This document shows, piece by piece, positions 39,151 through 49,936 of a stretch of DNA of 64,000 nucleotides (position 1 is the first letter of the stretch; each line of letters begins with the position of its first letter). The notes beneath the pieces were generated by a model. The model was not told the DNA's origin, ran no database searches, and saw only the letters and a list, made by a program, of their open reading frames with translations. The position numbers were made by a program, and so were the translations under genes. Source of the DNA: Escherichia phage vB_EcoM_JN03; sequence record OR885871; one strand, given 5' to 3'.

Positions 39151-39723
39151 ATGGTCATTATTGACTCAACAGATATTTTGATTGCTGTTCTTAGTATGGT
39201 TGGGGTCTGTATTCTCGTTATGGGAATCAAAAAATCTTTGGGAAAACGGGTTGTTGAGGCCGTCTCCTCAGATTTACAACCAGAAAATACCACGAAAAAT
39301 GTTAAAGACATAAAACTTATTCTGAGTAGTCGTGTGTCCAAAAGTTTGGTTCCTAGCATAGAGGATTTCAACTTAGACCACAAAGACCCAGACACTACTC
39401 CTGAAGAATATTTTCAATATTTCATGGGAGGTTTGGGTTGGCCGTTCATAGAATCGTGTGTATCAAAATCAAATTGTTTCTATTTGAAAATAGCATGTAA
39501 AGATGGATATCAGGCTGTATGGTTTTGGAATTACAACGACACTTGCGATAAACAATTTTTGATATATCTTCACAGGTTGTTTAAAGAGTATATGAACAAC
39601 GGAAATGCCCCTATTCACAAGGCAGAAACTGTAGAATCTATCGTGGATCGTGCTCGAACTCGTAATGGAACGAAACCAGATTATCTTTCCAAGTATGGAT
39701 TTGTTTGGAAGGAAGACATATGA
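39151..39723 (+). CDS. membrane-anchored protein
   Basis: N-terminal TM ILIAVLSMVGVCILVMGI; RBS GGGGGA; preceded by hairpin. Confidence 0.4.
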   Translation: MVIIDSTDILIAVLSMVGVCILVMGIKKSLGKRVVEAVSSDLQPENTTKNVKDIKLILSSRVSKSLVPSIEDFNLDHKDPDTTPEEYFQYFMGGLGWPFIESCVSKSNCFYLKIACKDGYQAVWFWNYNDTCDKQFLIYLHRLFKEYMNNGNAPIHKAETVESIVDRARTRNGTKPDYLSKYGFVWKEDI

Positions 39724-39887
39724 AAGATATTTCATTTTATATTTGGTCTGCAATATTATTTTTCGGGATCTTGATTATTCTTTTTCAACCGTTTTGGGCC
39801 GAATGGATCAATAATAGAAGAATGCGCAAATATGGAGTGGATGTTCTTCAGATTGTAGATAAGGCCAGAAAAAGACGCAGCAAATAA
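39720..39887 (+). CDS. small membrane protein
   Basis: ATGA-coupled; TM segment FYIWSAILFFGILIILF. Confidence 0.35.
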   Translation: MKDISFYIWSAILFFGILIILFQPFWAEWINNRRMRKYGVDVLQIVDKARKRRSK

Positions 39888-39940
39888 ATCTATTGAAGTC
39901 TCTAGGGTTATAATAGCATGACGAATAACCCTGGAGACAC

Positions 39941-41368
39941 ATGATGCTTCCTCTTTTAGAAATAATTCAAAATCTTCGCGATACCAAAGGCACCAACGCC
40001 AAGAAAGCTGTGCTGACCGAGGCGTTTAGAAACAATCCAGAATTGGTTGATTTCCTTCAATATGTCTACGACCCAATGCGTTCTTATTACCGCACTCAAT
40101 TCAATCTAAACGCATTCCCTCGCATGCTCTCGCGCGGCGTTGTTGGTAGCTGGGATCAGGTTTATGACGTTCTCGATATGATGGCCGAACGCAAGATCGG
40201 TGGGATGAAGGCAGATCAAGAACTGGCGAAGGCTGCAACCAACATCCATCCGGATTACCATACCCTGATACAAATTATACTCGACAGAGACATCAAAGCG
40301 GGAATTGCCGAAAAAGGTATAAACGCAGCATTCAACGCAGCAGGTGGTACAGGGCGTCTGATTAATATCCTTCCATATCACCGTTATGATAACATGACGA
40401 TTGACTTGCTGAAGAAGATGGACTTCAAGCGCGGCGTCTTCAGCCAGCTGAAGTCAGATGGCATGTTCGCCAACATCATCTGTCGTTATGGAAGAGACCC
40501 AGAGATTCGTTCTCGTTCCGGTTCTCTTATTGCGGGTGGTTCCGTTGATAACCTGTCATTGGTTTTCAAAGACCTGATCTACGATGCGGGGATCGGTGAA
40601 AGCGTCTTCCATGGTGAACTGCTCGTCATTGATCTGAAAACGTATACAGTGTTGCCTCGGGCTATCGGCAATGGTAAGCTCAACAGTGTCATCCAAACGG
40701 GTGAACCTCTGGAAGATCGTTACAAGGTGATCTACCGAGTGTGGGATGTTGTGCCGTATGATAATTGGTTCAATGCTCAGCGTGTGGACACCCCATATGA
40801 TCGCCGTTTTGATATCATACAACAGTTGTTCGAAGGGGATGACGGCCTGGTTCAGGTTCAAGAAACCCGTGTTGTTCATTCATTTGAAGAAGCTGTCGAA
40901 CACTTCAAAGATGCTTTGGCTCGTCGGGAAGAAGGCACGATTTGTAAGGCTGCAGATATGCCTTGGGAAGATGGAACATCATCTGAAGGGTTAAAGCTGA
41001 AAATGGAAGTAGAATGTGACCTTGAAATCGTTGGCTTCAATGAGGCCGATAAGAAAGGGAAGCACGCCAAGACATTTGGATCTCTCCTCTGCAAGACCTC
41101 TGATGGCCTCTTAGTTGTTGGCGTATCGGGGATCTCAGATGAGTTGAGACTACGAATGTGGGAAAACCAAGAGGACTTCATTGGTAAGATTGCCGCCGTG
41201 CTCTCTAATGGCGTACAGGATAAAACCGATGACGCCATGAAGTCTCTATTCCTTCCACGTCTCGTTGAAGTACGCACAGACAAGAAAGTCGCTAATACAC
41301 TGGCTGAAGTCTATGCTATCCAGAAAGCATATATCGAAAATATTTTGGTGTTGTTGGAAGCGGCATGA
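39941..41368 (+). CDS. ATP-dependent DNA ligase
   Basis: Adenylation motif LKSDGMF (KxDG); 475 aa. Confidence 0.8.
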   Translation: MMLPLLEIIQNLRDTKGTNAKKAVLTEAFRNNPELVDFLQYVYDPMRSYYRTQFNLNAFPRMLSRGVVGSWDQVYDVLDMMAERKIGGMKADQELAKAATNIHPDYHTLIQIILDRDIKAGIAEKGINAAFNAAGGTGRLINILPYHRYDNMTIDLLKKMDFKRGVFSQLKSDGMFANIICRYGRDPEIRSRSGSLIAGGSVDNLSLVFKDLIYDAGIGESVFHGELLVIDLKTYTVLPRAIGNGKLNSVIQTGEPLEDRYKVIYRVWDVVPYDNWFNAQRVDTPYDRRFDIIQQLFEGDDGLVQVQETRVVHSFEEAVEHFKDALARREEGTICKAADMPWEDGTSSEGLKLKMEVECDLEIVGFNEADKKGKHAKTFGSLLCKTSDGLLVVGVSGISDELRLRMWENQEDFIGKIAAVLSNGVQDKTDDAMKSLFLPRLVEVRTDKKVANTLAEVYAIQKAYIENILVLLEAA

Positions 41369-41445
41369 AAATTGGGGTTCTTCGGAACCCCATTCAATAA
41401 AGACAGTAGCAGTATAATTCCAAGAAATCATTACCAGGTGTTATT

Positions 41446-41709
41446 ATGAAACTTATTGATAAGAAACCAAGGAAAGACAATGATTCTCTTAATCTCATAA
41501 ACATTATGAGGGAATTGGGAGTTTCTGAATTACAGATGATGAAGATGATGAATTGTTCTGATGTCGTTTATAATTGGACCAACGGCTATCGTCTCATACC
41601 AAAATCTTTTCGGCGTTTTATTCTGGCGTTGGTTTTTATTCACCGACAAGGGAAGACAGAAGAGTTTCAACGTTTCGTTCGCACAGAGGAGAGATCACGT
41701 GGTTGGTAA
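41446..41709 (+). CDS. hypothetical protein
   Basis: ATG ORF. Confidence 0.35.
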   Translation: MKLIDKKPRKDNDSLNLINIMRELGVSELQMMKMMNCSDVVYNWTNGYRLIPKSFRRFILALVFIHRQGKTEEFQRFVRTEERSRGW

Positions 41710-41852
41710 AAATCCGCCGTCATATACCAAGATTGGAATTGCTTTTCGAAACGCCATTCTCTTTATAAAGGAGAAAGGATTGCTGTCTGAGTACTACCAG
41801 TTTTGTTCAGAACGCCGCCGACTTCAAAGACAGAAAAGCAAGGAGAAACTCC

Positions 41853-42515
41853 ATGATAACTGAGTGGGAGAAAATGCAATATGAAAGGGCATTCAACGTT
41901 TATTGCATCTATATGGCGATCAAATTGCATTTCACCACAAAAGACTTTGATTATGGCCTGTATGGACCGATGAACAATTACAAGTTTGAAACGTTCTATT
42001 CTAAACAGGGCGTGGCCAAACAATTTGCTAAACTTGCTCGTCGGTTCGAATCGTCCCAAGGTGAAGTGGTGGAAAATTATATTATTGCCAACTTTGTTAA
42101 ATCACCAAAGACGTGGGTGACAACATTACTTACAAGGCAGGCCCAAGAAAATTATAATGAATATCGCCGCCTGTATGACAACTTCTCATATAATTTTCTT
42201 GAACATTTTGAGAGATATATGATCCCTGAGATAAAAGAAAGAGGCGTGAATTTTATCCAATATATCAAAGGAAATGGTAATGGGCATCCACCTTTACTGA
42301 CAGATATTATTGTTAAACGCTATCCAATTTGGTTTCTCGTTGGATTGAATAAAGTAGTGGGTTTCATCCATTTATATGATACAATACTCAAGGATGACAT
42401 CTATTGGAACTCTGAGTCTTTTTTATTAAAGAAAACCAATTCAGTTGTTCCTGATGAAAACACAGAATACACAAAAGGAAAACTCCGTGAGCTAATCCTT
42501 GCCCACGGAATTTAA
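41853..42515 (+). CDS. hypothetical protein, possibly helicase loader (gp59-like)
   Basis: Size and sequence style only. Confidence 0.3.
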   Translation: MITEWEKMQYERAFNVYCIYMAIKLHFTTKDFDYGLYGPMNNYKFETFYSKQGVAKQFAKLARRFESSQGEVVENYIIANFVKSPKTWVTTLLTRQAQENYNEYRRLYDNFSYNFLEHFERYMIPEIKERGVNFIQYIKGNGNGHPPLLTDIIVKRYPIWFLVGLNKVVGFIHLYDTILKDDIYWNSESFLLKKTNSVVPDENTEYTKGKLRELILAHGI

Positions 42516-44456
42516 TTACCAATCCCAGAGAATGCGCCCTGTATCAGTACGGTTGGACGGCTCCAACTGTGAACTATTGAAGTTGTTCGTCGTACTGACT
42601 TTCTTCGAGTTGTCCACATTTTGTTGTACTGGAACCACAACACTGGCTGGCGGGTTAGCATAGGCGGATTTAACTTCTTCGATGTTATTGGCTGCTCTTC
42701 CTTGAACCGGATAAGCCCCGCCCAGAGTACCTCCCCCAATCCCTGCGTATGCGTCTTTCAATTGTGAAGTTCTATCCGTAACGTTGACAGCGTCTGAGGA
42801 CACCCCAGAAGGCATCGGAGTTAACGTGCTGATATTGGCATTGGGTTGTGCTGGTGATTGACTGCTTGGCGGCGTAGACGCATTCTCGGGAGCCTTATCG
42901 TCTTGGCTGATTAGCATAGACTGTCTTGCTTCCGCCATTTTGTTCCTGGCTGCTTCACCACCCAGAGCATCAGGTATGATACTCACGAATTTATCCACGA
43001 TATCAAACATGGCATTGGTTATGGCATTCAACATATTAAAGAATGGTTTCTTCACGTTTTCCGCAAATCCTTTCTTCATATCTTCAACGACTTTATTTGC
43101 AGCCGCCATGCCATCATCAATCAATCCTGATATTCCGCCCGTTACCCAATCAACCAATTTTATCAATTGGCCTTGTAGGTTGTCTGCAAGTTTACCAGGG
43201 ATTTCAGTCAGCGCTGTCCCTTTACCGATCCCAGCAAACAGATCGTTGGATACCCAATCAACGATAGAATTGAGCCAGCGCACTGGTGCTTCGGTCATCT
43301 TCAATACTTGTTCACGGAACGCCTTTCCAAATCCTGCGTTATCCCAACCAAATATTTCAGCCACCCAATCAGCCAGATCTCCGAAACTGCCAACAAGTTC
43401 TGTTATGCCCGCCTGAACTCTGTCTACTATTGAAACTTGGGCTTTGCCAAGGATTTCTTTAGCATTAAAGAAACCTTTACCGAATTCAAATACAGATGTT
43501 ATTAACGCCAGAGGTCCAACTCGAAGCATCTTGGTTGCTGCTTTCAGAGGCGCAAGCAACCCGCCGATCCCAGCACCAAACCCCATGAATAATTTAATGA
43601 AGCCACCAACAAGTTTTAATGGGGACATCAGGAGTTTTAACGCACCCAGTCCAAGGAGTGCCCCCAGCGCCGCGCCTAACCCAGAAGATTGACCATCTTG
43701 TTTAGGCTCAGACGGAGGGATAGAACCAGCCTCTGGGTTGTTCTTGTTTTCCTTACCTTCTTCGCCACGACGGAATTTCTCTTCTTCTCTATATTTTTGA
43801 TCACTTTCATAGATACGTGTCAGAGTATCATTAAGATCTTCGTTCATGTATCCCAATTTGTCATCAATGCTGTCGAGGCGGGTAACAGTTTCGTTACTGG
43901 CATCTTTATTGAAATCCAGCGTGTCCTTATGCGTTTGAAGCATTATGTCAGTCAGGTTTACGATCTCCCCTCCGACCAACGCCAGCTTATCCTTTAATCC
44001 ATCAAGGCGTTCAAGACTATCTTCGTTGGCCGCGCCCAATTGATCTGATATCATGTCAAGATATTCAACTGACATGTCGTCAACCGGACCATTCGCCGCT
44101 TCGCCAAATTTTTCTATTTTGGTTGCGATTCGCATCAGTTCTTCATTTCCGTCCTTGGAAAGACTGACGGTGTCTTTCATCCAAGTGCTGTAATCCCTTG
44201 TGAAAATAGGACTGACGCGGACAAACCCACCAACAATATCATTCACCGATGGGAATTTAATTGGCGGGACTTTCTGCTCCTGATTAGACGCCTGGCGTGT
44301 CTTCAGAGATTGCAGTTGTTTGTTGACATCTGCGAGCTGTTTATTCGTCTCGGATTGGGCGCGCAATTGCTTGCGCTCCATCATTTCTTTTTTGATTTTA
44401 TCCAAAACCTTGACGATGTCTTGCTGCCCTGGTGTCGGTTGATTGTTATCTGCCAT
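42516..44456 (-). CDS. tail tape-measure/ruler-like protein (gp29-like)
   Basis: N-terminal coiled coil, central Gly/Ala-rich hydrophobic stretch LGAALGALLGLGALKLL. Confidence 0.45.
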   Translation of the reverse strand: MADNNQPTPGQQDIVKVLDKIKKEMMERKQLRAQSETNKQLADVNKQLQSLKTRQASNQEQKVPPIKFPSVNDIVGGFVRVSPIFTRDYSTWMKDTVSLSKDGNEELMRIATKIEKFGEAANGPVDDMSVEYLDMISDQLGAANEDSLERLDGLKDKLALVGGEIVNLTDIMLQTHKDTLDFNKDASNETVTRLDSIDDKLGYMNEDLNDTLTRIYESDQKYREEEKFRRGEEGKENKNNPEAGSIPPSEPKQDGQSSGLGAALGALLGLGALKLLMSPLKLVGGFIKLFMGFGAGIGGLLAPLKAATKMLRVGPLALITSVFEFGKGFFNAKEILGKAQVSIVDRVQAGITELVGSFGDLADWVAEIFGWDNAGFGKAFREQVLKMTEAPVRWLNSIVDWVSNDLFAGIGKGTALTEIPGKLADNLQGQLIKLVDWVTGGISGLIDDGMAAANKVVEDMKKGFAENVKKPFFNMLNAITNAMFDIVDKFVSIIPDALGGEAARNKMAEARQSMLISQDDKAPENASTPPSSQSPAQPNANISTLTPMPSGVSSDAVNVTDRTSQLKDAYAGIGGGTLGGAYPVQGRAANNIEEVKSAYANPPASVVVPVQQNVDNSKKVSTTNNFNSSQLEPSNRTDTGRILWDW

Positions 44457-44466
44457 TTGTCACCTC

Positions 44467-45855
44467 TCAGACCTTCTGGGCTTGTCCTTTCTCTATTGGC
44501 GTCGGAGTTGGTGTAGAAGCCACAGTTTGACCAGTCTGAGGCGGTAAGACCTTCTGGATCATACTATCTTTGGCAATCTCGGCGACGCATTGATAATCAT
44601 TTGTCAGGCGTGAAATCTTATGGCGTATCTTTGTGACGATATAATGGCCTGTTGATAACTTACTTAACTCGGCAATGTTTTCATTAGATTTCGGGCGGTT
44701 CGACAAATCTTCAATATAATAAACCTGCCCAACATTCAGACGGTTATCCCCCACGACCAGCAAACGCATAACCGTTGACGCGAGGCTGAATTCTATAACG
44801 CGTCGTGCGTAATCTATTTGTTCGGCACCATCCGGTTGCGCTTCAATGTACCTAACGTTCTCGCGGTCGAATTGATCAGAGAACAAAGGGAAAGGATCAA
44901 GGTGAGCAGTGCTGTCAAACCATTCTGAATAAATGCGTTGGGTCGCTGTCGTGGATTTTGTACTAAAGTCATACACGCGCTCGTTCACTGCCAAGATATC
45001 CCGATAATTCGCCATGTATTGATCACGCGCCAGTTTCTTTTCAGCCTTGATTATAGTCCGCATGAAACGTTCTGAGTTGAAATTGTTATCCTGCATCAAC
45101 GGCGCGTCTTGAGGGTCTCGGAAGAATTTCTTTTCAATAGAAGCCTCTTGCTTCTCTTCAGCAGTCATAGACTGGTTGCCCTGGTTGAACAACGTCGTCA
45201 TGCTTTTGAAGTGATAACCCGTAAAGTCTTCATAGAAAACGAATGGCATGAATAATTCGTCATATGCACGGCTGGCCATATAATCTATGGAGCGGAGTAC
45301 AGGCCAAAGAGGGGTAGCGAACCTTTCTTGTATCCCATATGAAGGATCTATGTCTTCAAATTTGGTGCGTGAATTCAGTTGCTCAAAGATCTTAGCTGCC
45401 ATCTCAGAATAAGAACCGCTTAATCCAAGAGATTTACGCAACATGCTATCTCGATACGCGTCTGTTGTCACCAAGTGTAACCAGAATGCCTTTTTCGAAG
45501 AAGAGTTCGATTCATCAGCAACTCTCCCTACCCGACTGACTCGCAATGAAAGCGTAGTGTAATCAGAAGCTGCAGGCGATTTGAACGATACCACTACTTC
45601 CTCACCTCCGAGGATTGGCATTGTATCCAATATATCCCAGCCTTCTTTGATCAGAATATTAGCTGTCAACGACGGTGATGCATTCCCTTCCAGACCAAGA
45701 TCCTGATATACGTTGAATTCTTGAAACAACGATGAAAGGTCATAAGGCTTGGGAGTACCGCCTTCAGGCGTGTGTGGTAATATCGCCATATATTTCAAAT
45801 CAAATGTTGTGGACGGAGTTAAAATTCCGTCCTGGGATTCTTTATTTTCGATCAT
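44467..45855 (-). CDS. baseplate/tail structural protein (unassigned)
   Basis: In coupled minus-strand structural block. Confidence 0.3.
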   Translation of the reverse strand: MIENKESQDGILTPSTTFDLKYMAILPHTPEGGTPKPYDLSSLFQEFNVYQDLGLEGNASPSLTANILIKEGWDILDTMPILGGEEVVVSFKSPAASDYTTLSLRVSRVGRVADESNSSSKKAFWLHLVTTDAYRDSMLRKSLGLSGSYSEMAAKIFEQLNSRTKFEDIDPSYGIQERFATPLWPVLRSIDYMASRAYDELFMPFVFYEDFTGYHFKSMTTLFNQGNQSMTAEEKQEASIEKKFFRDPQDAPLMQDNNFNSERFMRTIIKAEKKLARDQYMANYRDILAVNERVYDFSTKSTTATQRIYSEWFDSTAHLDPFPLFSDQFDRENVRYIEAQPDGAEQIDYARRVIEFSLASTVMRLLVVGDNRLNVGQVYYIEDLSNRPKSNENIAELSKLSTGHYIVTKIRHKISRLTNDYQCVAEIAKDSMIQKVLPPQTGQTVASTPTPTPIEKGQAQKV

Positions 45856-46409
45856 TTGGTCAGCTCCTGTTCTAGCTGATTAACAAAGGAAGAAACATAA
45901 TCTGGGTCTAGAACCTGAATATTCCGTTTGGCTTCGTTTTTGTTTATAGCATCATCATGATATGTAATACCTGTCAGACCATAGTTGGCGATAATCGTGG
46001 AATCATCCATAGAACCAAGGCCATATGCTAAACGTATTGCTCTAGGATCTGTTTCATGACCGAATTCGTCAACGTAGTATTTCACATCCCACATTCCGTC
46101 AAGGCCGTATCGAGCCGTCAGTTCTTCAATGATACGGCGCTCCGGTTTCGGCCAGTCCTCTACGATGTCCATGATACCATTGATAAGACATGGGATCCAA
46201 AACAGCTCGAAGGAACCGTAGACGCGTTCGGCAAAAGACCTTGGGGTTTCCCCATCAAAAACAGTATACGGCAGGAGAAGCCCTTCTATGTCCCTAATTT
46301 TCTTAACAACCATAACCCGTCGTGTTAAGTTCTGCAACAGGACTTGGTCATCCTCTTTGACACCAATTAGTTGATGCCACACGAGTGGAAATTTCTCAAA
46401 ATATTTCAT
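45852..46409 (-). CDS. baseplate/tail structural protein (unassigned)
   Basis: ATGA-coupled in structural block. Confidence 0.3.
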   Translation of the reverse strand: MKYFEKFPLVWHQLIGVKEDDQVLLQNLTRRVMVVKKIRDIEGLLLPYTVFDGETPRSFAERVYGSFELFWIPCLINGIMDIVEDWPKPERRIIEELTARYGLDGMWDVKYYVDEFGHETDPRAIRLAYGLGSMDDSTIIANYGLTGITYHDDAINKNEAKRNIQVLDPDYVSSFVNQLEQELTK

Positions 46410-46421
46410 GGCATCTTCTCC

Positions 46422-47390
46422 TTAAAAGCTGTCGCCTTCGGTATCAAAGCGGCCTTTGTGCAACGGTTCTAGTTCTATAAACGTCATGTCGATTTGTGTC
46501 GACACGATGCTGTCATCTTTGTGTACAGCATATGAAGAGTCAGGCGTCTCGTTGACAAACATATTTGATAGGACGCAAGTCGATATCCGATGCAACCATT
46601 TGTTGCGTTCTCCCTGGACCATGAACGTGATATCAAACGTGGATGGATGAAGATAGAATGCGCTGGAATTCTTGTTGTATTTGTATTCTGGATACATGTG
46701 CATCTTGAATAAACGGATAATCTCCCGCACCATTTTCGCCTCTTTTTGCGATCTTGGAGTGAATTTGAATGTGAACGGGATTTCTCGGTTGCGCACCCCT
46801 TGGAAAATCATTTCCACATACGGGTTGGTCATCGTACCTGTAAACAATTCTAATGTATCATGAGCATTAATTGTCGGCAAGAAAGGAATTGCTTCCGAAG
46901 CAGATTGAATGGCCTTTGTTGCCGCAAATCTCCCCATTTCTTTCCCAACATTCAAAGCATCCCCAAGTTTGAATTGACTCATATCTTGGGCGGCGCGTGA
47001 TAAGAATTGGGCACCCATACCTGCTAATCCCAACTCGGAGCCGTTCCAACCAACGCCATAGTTGGTTGTAATGGATTCGGGCATACACAACACAATTGAC
47101 TCGTTAGAGCGGACATGACGCGCCCAAGCATATTTGCTAATAGACCCCGATTTAGAACCATAAACCACAGGAGTCTTACCCAATGGATTTTGTATCGGAT
47201 TTTCGACGGTTTGGGTTGTGGTGTCCCCATATGAAGAACCAGATATTCGGTTGATGTTGAATAGAACATAATGGCCCAGGGTTTTACCCCCTGTTATGTC
47301 TAATGGATAGACCAATTGCTTCTGAGACTTGGCCAAGCCTTTTGTGTTCAGAACTTTGATCTTATCGATGGTCGACTTGAAATTCGCCAT
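46422..47390 (-). CDS. tail tube/baseplate-tube junction-like protein
   Basis: Position and size only. Confidence 0.3.
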   Translation of the reverse strand: MANFKSTIDKIKVLNTKGLAKSQKQLVYPLDITGGKTLGHYVLFNINRISGSSYGDTTTQTVENPIQNPLGKTPVVYGSKSGSISKYAWARHVRSNESIVLCMPESITTNYGVGWNGSELGLAGMGAQFLSRAAQDMSQFKLGDALNVGKEMGRFAATKAIQSASEAIPFLPTINAHDTLELFTGTMTNPYVEMIFQGVRNREIPFTFKFTPRSQKEAKMVREIIRLFKMHMYPEYKYNKNSSAFYLHPSTFDITFMVQGERNKWLHRISTCVLSNMFVNETPDSSYAVHKDDSIVSTQIDMTFIELEPLHKGRFDTEGDSF

Positions 47391-47443
47391 GGTCTGAAGC
47401 CCTTTAATTAGAATAGAGTGATGACACTATTTAGGACTAGAAT

Positions 47444-48064
47444 ATGGCTATGTATTTGCAGGGGAAGTATGTTCCCGTAAATCCCAAGAAATATAAAGGC
47501 GACGTGAACAAAATAGTATTTCGTTCTTCGCTAGAACTTGTCGCCTTTAAATTTTGTGATATGAATCCTGCTATCGTCTATTGGTCTTCAGAAGAAACTG
47601 TAATCCCTTACATATCTCCGGTTGATGGCCGCGCCCATCGTTATTTCATGGATTTGAAGGTTTGGACTCGTCGGCAGGATTCCGATGAATTACAAATTAC
47701 TCTTATTGAAATAAAACCCAAAGACCAGATTAAAGAACCTCGCAAAACTAAAACGATGAAGGAATCAACATTCAATAATTCAATGCGCACTTGGTTGGTA
47801 AATCAGGCAAAGTGGACAGCAACTAAAGAACATTGTGCAAAGGTGGGTTGGAAATTCATTATCTGGACAGAAGAACATTTGGTGCCAGGTGAAGACCCAG
47901 AAGTTAAAAAACAATTTGCTCTTCGTTCTAAGAAAAAGCGCGAAGTCGAAATGGAAGATCGACGCCGCGCTCAAAGGATTAATGCGTTGAAAGAGCAAAT
48001 GAAGAAGGAAACTGCTAATAAACAACCAACGCAATCGGAAGATGATGGTTTGTTATTACCCTGA
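47444..48064 (+). CDS. head completion protein (gp4-like)
   Basis: N-terminal GKYVPVNPKKYKGDVNKIVFRSSLE...IPYISP pattern. Confidence 0.45.
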   Translation: MAMYLQGKYVPVNPKKYKGDVNKIVFRSSLELVAFKFCDMNPAIVYWSSEETVIPYISPVDGRAHRYFMDLKVWTRRQDSDELQITLIEIKPKDQIKEPRKTKTMKESTFNNSMRTWLVNQAKWTATKEHCAKVGWKFIIWTEEHLVPGEDPEVKKQFALRSKKKREVEMEDRRRAQRINALKEQMKKETANKQPTQSEDDGLLLP

Positions 48065-48274
48065 TTTCCTTGGATGTCTAGGGGCAAAGCAAGTTTGTTT
48101 GTCCCTGCATATCATCCACCCATCAGCACGGGCTTGTCTAGCACAGTCTCCCCAAGATTCACCAGCATAAGACTTCATCCCACATCTGGGGTGATGTTCT
48201 TGCCAAGCCCAATTACAAGATTTGCATTCAACACACTCACAATACAAATCGACGGTGTATCCTGCAGTAATCAT
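48056..48274 (-). CDS. Cys-rich small protein
   Basis: CECVECKSC plus further Cys/His. Confidence 0.35.
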   Translation of the reverse strand: MITAGYTVDLYCECVECKSCNWAWQEHHPRCGMKSYAGESWGDCARQARADGWMICRDKQTCFAPRHPRKSG

Positions 48275-48682
48275 TTAGTCACCCAGATGATCATAAATTT
48301 TTTGACGGAATTCGTTCCCTTTAGCACAACCTGTAGCCAACAGGCGAGTACCGCCCGTACCAATAACACTGATGGTCGAAAACTTCAGGATACGGCCTGT
48401 AATAGACTGGTCCACCTTAATGGTTTCTACTTTACCAAGACGGAGTTCATCAGCATCACGACGAATAAATCCCCGTTTGACAATAACACGCTTGTTGGTG
48501 ACTGCGAATTCAGTTGTCAATACATTTAAAATTGTTGGTATCAGAAATAACAAGCTGAATCCAAATGTTGGGATAATCGTTAAAATAACCAGAACATAAA
48601 TCCAAAAACCGCTCCACCAAGTCGGGCGGGTGAAAGCGATGACATGTTCATTTTCACCGAGCATGCGGTCTACATAACGCAT
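48275..48682 (-). CDS. membrane protein with bacterial PH-like domain, tentative
   Basis: Two TM segments then TEFAVTNKRVIVKRG-type region. Confidence 0.3.
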   Translation of the reverse strand: MRYVDRMLGENEHVIAFTRPTWWSGFWIYVLVILTIIPTFGFSLLFLIPTILNVLTTEFAVTNKRVIVKRGFIRRDADELRLGKVETIKVDQSITGRILKFSTISVIGTGGTRLLATGCAKGNEFRQKIYDHLGD

Positions 48683-48683
48683 T

Positions 48684-49205
48684 TTAATTCCTTACTTTGT
48701 CTGGGTTGGATAAGATTTGTTCGTATCCGACTTCGCCTTGATCGTCGAAAACATGCTGAAGAATCGCCATATCGTCTACCATCCGATAAACTTCAATTCC
48801 AGCGTTCATCAATTTTTTGATTCCATCCATGATACGATATGGCTCTTGATAATATACTTTATCGATCTTGCCGTTGTCGATGATCTTCTGAGTGCAATCA
48901 GGGCATGGGCTATGTGTCACAAACATAACCAACCCTGTGAAATCATCTGCATTTTCGGGGATACGCATTAGAGCATTTTCCTCCGCATGAATGACACACG
49001 GGTTTGTAACAATTTGCCCGTGTTGTTCCATCTCACAAACATTCGGCATGCCAGGAGGCGTTCCGTTCCATCCGATAGCCACAGGCTGATCAGTTTCAGG
49101 GTTTACGATAACACAACCGACTTGCAGACGCCGTGCATAACTGGTTACACCATATGCTGCAGCTGATCGCATATGGGCGAACATCATACGTGGTTTGATA
49201 GCCAT
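48684..49205 (-). CDS. dCMP deaminase
   Basis: Zinc motifs HAEENA and PCPDC. Confidence 0.75.
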   Translation of the reverse strand: MAIKPRMMFAHMRSAAAYGVTSYARRLQVGCVIVNPETDQPVAIGWNGTPPGMPNVCEMEQHGQIVTNPCVIHAEENALMRIPENADDFTGLVMFVTHSPCPDCTQKIIDNGKIDKVYYQEPYRIMDGIKKLMNAGIEVYRMVDDMAILQHVFDDQGEVGYEQILSNPDKVRN

Positions 49206-49522
49206 TATTTTATCAGAGCCTTTTCAAGTAAAAAGATCATGTCATCCTGGTCGGCGCGGCCAAAGATCTGACCGAGGGACACCATGGAATGAACCTCTTT
49301 GACAATCAGGTCTTTGCCTGTTACACCGCTGTTGTCCAATTCGAGAATTGTAGACATGCGCTCAACCATATGAGGTGGATGATTGATATAACGTTGAAGA
49401 TACTTTTCACGCAACGCAATTTTTTCGATAAGATCTGACATTTCTGCATTCTCTTCTGAATACAGACGTTCTTTAGATTTCAGTTCTTCGAGGCGTTCGT
49501 ACATTTCTTTTAATGAAATCAT
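49205..49522 (-). CDS. hypothetical protein
   Basis: RBS GGGAGAGA before ATG 49522. Confidence 0.35.
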   Translation of the reverse strand: MISLKEMYERLEELKSKERLYSEENAEMSDLIEKIALREKYLQRYINHPPHMVERMSTILELDNSGVTGKDLIVKEVHSMVSLGQIFGRADQDDMIFLLEKALIK

Positions 49523-49543
49523 GTTTGTCTCTCCCAATAAATT

Positions 49544-49566
49544 AAGGGGAAGTATACCTTCCCCTT
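49544..49566 (-). terminator. rho-independent terminator
   Basis: AAGGGGAAGG-loop-CTTCCCCTT then T-rich on minus strand. Confidence 0.5.
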
Positions 49567-49585
49567 TCTTCAATAACCTAAAATA

Positions 49586-49936
49586 TTATTCAGTACATGC
49601 TTTACCGAGGTCTGTAAGCCTATAGAATGTTACTTCAGACTTCGGCCAATGCTTATACTCTTCAGAGTTGTCATGAACCATTGTAAACGCAGGTTCTATC
49701 AGACCTTTAGACAACAAGGATTGACCTGAACGCGTATCCCATGGATCACCCTTTACAGAACGAAACCCGCCAGATATCGGTGGCGCATGAAAAGTCCAAA
49801 CCGTTTTCCCTTTATCGTTCGTCCAAGATTTGGGATTGAAATACCAATGACAAAGGCGTCTGGCTTCACCTTTTTCAAAATTCAACATTCCTAAAAGGAC
49901 GCAGAGTTGATGTCCTGTGATGCGTGGCTTTTTCAT
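49586..49936 (-). CDS. hypothetical protein
   Basis: ATG 49936 overlaps upstream stop (ATGA). Confidence 0.35.
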   Translation of the reverse strand: MKKPRITGHQLCVLLGMLNFEKGEARRLCHWYFNPKSWTNDKGKTVWTFHAPPISGGFRSVKGDPWDTRSGQSLLSKGLIEPAFTMVHDNSEEYKHWPKSEVTFYRLTDLGKACTE

